Assembly (NCBI GenBank): GCA_030264375.1
Contig: JASCQW010000132.1
Span: 74,291,338 to 74,355,337 of the forward strand
Direction: 5' to 3'
Length of the DNA stretch: 64,000 nucleotides
Origin: Carcharhinus longimanus
Lineage: Eukaryota
The number at the start of each line of letters is the position of its first letter. Position 1 is the stretch's first letter. Shown piece after piece: positions 61,503-64,000 of this stretch. The position numbers and the translations under genes are program-made. The notes under the pieces were generated by a model. It saw only the letters and a program-made list of their open reading frames with translations. It had not been told where the DNA came from and did not search any database.

Positions 61503-62211
61503 GATAAACCGAGGGGAGTAACTGCAACACAGCACAGTCACAACATACCCTCACCCATGCGGCAGTCACTTCCAGTCCTCATTTATTTGTTGCTTTAATG
61601 CGGGGTCTCAGTGAGAAATCAAAGAATGGCCAACCCAACCTGCTTTAAAAAAGTAAAACTGTTTATTCAACAACCAAATGGCTTTAATAGATTTCAATTT
61701 TGCAAAACTAGAGCACTAGTTTCTCTGGAATTTCTCTTGAATTTGAATCATATTATGCTTATTTCAAAAGTGCTTTGAAGTGGTTATTCACAGGCTGAAG
61801 GATGCACTTGTGCCTGTAATCAGAATTTAAGATGCAGACAAATCAAAACAATTTGCTGCTGGAACTTCACACCTGGTCCTGGAGGGAGCTGCTCCCTCCT
61901 TTCCTGTTCATTTCCATTCATTTTCTTTAAACAAGGTTTGAGGAACAGGCGGAGGCCATTTAGTTCCTTGAACCATTCTGACAGCTCATGGCTCAAATGC
62001 ATTAACTAACCGCAATAAATAAATGTATATAGTCCAAATTATACCGACTGCTCATGGAACATACTCATCTCTGATAAAATTAAACATCATTGTGATATTA
62101 AAGGACAAATAAAAAAGTCATGGCTACGTTAAGAGACATAATCCTGATGTTAATACAAATTGCTTTCTTAAACCTGAGGCAAGAATCACAGGAGAATGTT
62201 TCAAAAAAATT

Positions 62212-63180
62212 AGGGGTCAGATTTTGCCAAGTGGCAGAAATATCTTAAATAGGTTTCTTCGGCTAAAAGTTCACTGAGCCCTATATTCAGGCATGGGCTG
62301 TATCTACCCACAGCCATTGCTATTGGTCAGGTAGCACACAAACTTGTTACTACCTCTTCACTAACATGATTGTAGAATTGGTCTGAGTGGGGCCTTTGCT
62401 GCTAGCTGCCTATACACTCAAGCAGGCGGCCAGGAAACATGCACTGTTAGTACATGGTGCCGCCAGCCATTGATCTTTAACGCCAATCCGTTCCTCCAAA
62501 GGGGAACTGCATTCAGTGGAAGGGAGCTGCTGCTGGCTGCCTTCACTGACACCAGATACAAATAGGAACTGCACAAATGAAGCACCAGCAAAGAGAGAGA
62601 GCTTCTAGGTTCACAGGTGTGGCACAAGGAGACCTCAGTTACAGAAATGGATATCAGCAGAAAGGTCACGTTTCCACAGGGATCCAGGAGGTCATCAAAG
62701 GCCACATTCAAAAGGAGGCATGAGCAGGTAGCCAGGGAGGTCAATGTGAAGAGCCTGGCCATGAGGACCATGTGACTGAGGCAGAAACACAGCTCCAAAG
62801 ATCCTCACACCTAGTGCACCACCAACTCTCACTGCTCATGCACCATATGCTATCATTCACTCAGCACTGTTCCTGGCACTCAGGACTCCTGCCTTATATC
62901 CAGATTCTCCACCTCACCCTCACAACATCCCAGTAACTTAAGCCTCACACCAGCTCTCACTGCTTTCACATAGCCTTAGCTATTCAACTACAACAGGCAT
63001 ATTACCCAAGTACACTGCAACATAACCATTGACATTATAGCCTCTTATATACATAGATAACCCAGAACCACCCAGAACAGAGCAGAACTCTTGGGGGAAA
63101 GGACACTGGCATTTTCTGAGCCCTGTGGAGGAGATAGTTCTCCATGTCCTGGTGTCAGCAGCAACAGAATTTGTAAGTAT
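62212..63180 (+). mobile_element. Decayed Harbinger with a two-exon Myb/SANT remnant
   Basis: Terminus ggggtcagattttgcc. Exon 1: MKHQQRERASRFT...EMDISRKVTFPQGSRRSSKATFKRRHEQVAREVN. After a CA-rich intron, exon 2 at about 63057: ...FLSPVEEIVLHVL. Confidence 0.72.
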
Positions 63181-63343
63181 CTAGTGGTAGGTTTCTGTCT
63201 TAAACCCCACCCAAGCTTCCAGCTCACAGTTATCATGCTATGTAGCATTATGTACAAGCTAGTGATGATGGGTCCAAGAAACTCTTCGTTGGTTTGTAAC
63301 CAATGATAACAATAGATCTGTTGCAGTGTGACCAGTGGTAACA

Positions 63344-63540
63344 TGTTGTAAGGGCCAGTTAACCCAGTAAATGATGTAACCAATGACAAAATGATGTGGT
63401 GGTCAGCTGACCAGTTGAGTCAGTATAAATAAGGATCTGCTGGGAATTGGAGAAAAGTTGGAATGGCCCAAGGTGAGGTCTCAATTGTTGGAGTAATAAA
63501 GTTTCTTTATTAAATCCTTTTCTTTGATATATATGTTAGA
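63344..63540 (+). mobile_element. Possible solo LTR
   Basis: Starts TGTTGTAAGG, then CCAAT, TATAAATA and AATAAA in LTR order; the 3' end is unclear. Confidence 0.4.
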
Positions 63541-64000
63541 GTAAATTTTGTTTTATTTTATTGCCTTCCTTATGAGAATGTGGCAGCACTGCAATACCCA
63601 AAATCACACCACTACACCTCCAAAACACTTCAAGGTACTTCCAGAAATTTTGCAATAGCATAAGTTAGTCGAACTCATTTTACCTGCATGTTTGCATGCC
63701 TAGCCCTTTAACAGTAATGGTAGGTCCCTCTTACAGTTGTTCAGTCTTTTGGTGAGTTGACCTCTATGGTCCAAGTTTGTATATCATGCATCAAATCAGC
63801 TGGAAATGCTATTCAACCTTACAATCTGGCAAGCTCCCAGTCCACACATGAAATGCCCGACCCAACCATGATTGAATGGCCTAATTCTTCCCCGATATCT
63901 TATGATATTATGGTCCCTCCCCCTCTGAACATGATTCTACCATGCCACTCTCCAATCCCTTACAATTTATCCCTCATGCTCTGTTCTCTTTGGCTACTGC

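Noticed and set aside
1-64000. Prokaryotic-type systems (operons, CRISPR, defence islands)
   Set aside because: The sequence is vertebrate repeat-rich DNA with no gene-dense coding regions or repeat-spacer arrays.

Overview
This window is eukaryotic, AT-rich, repeat-dense DNA, almost certainly from a shark or other elasmobranch. The evidence is many HE1/V-SINE-type tRNA-derived SINEs, CR1/HER1-like LINEs and a Deu-domain SacSINE1-like element. It comes from a draft assembly with 10-N, 100-N and longer gaps. I found no convincing intact host protein-coding gene, RNA gene or CRISPR array; nearly all listed ORFs are repeat-derived or chance. The window reads as intronic or intergenic DNA built from layered transposon fossils: (1) about 14 V-SINE copies with two different 3' tails; (2) CR1, CR1/L2-like, Rex1/Babar and RTE LINE fragments; (3) decayed PIF/Harbinger elements, including intron-containing Myb/SANT genes, a HARBI1-like transposase and many MITEs with 3-bp target-site duplications; (4) a Gypsy LTR element (LTR-PBS-gag-protease) split by later insertions; (5) Penelope-like GIY-YIG elements carrying decayed hammerhead-ribozyme cores, including a head-to-head inverted pair. 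Several repeat-free islands rich in homeodomain, RFX or E-box motifs look like candidate conserved enhancers. I did not find a clearly novel system. The best leads are the Penelope/hammerhead palindrome, the nested insertions, the SINE tail swap and the candidate enhancers/microexon. Family names come from recalled consensus motifs, not a database search, and boundaries are approximate.
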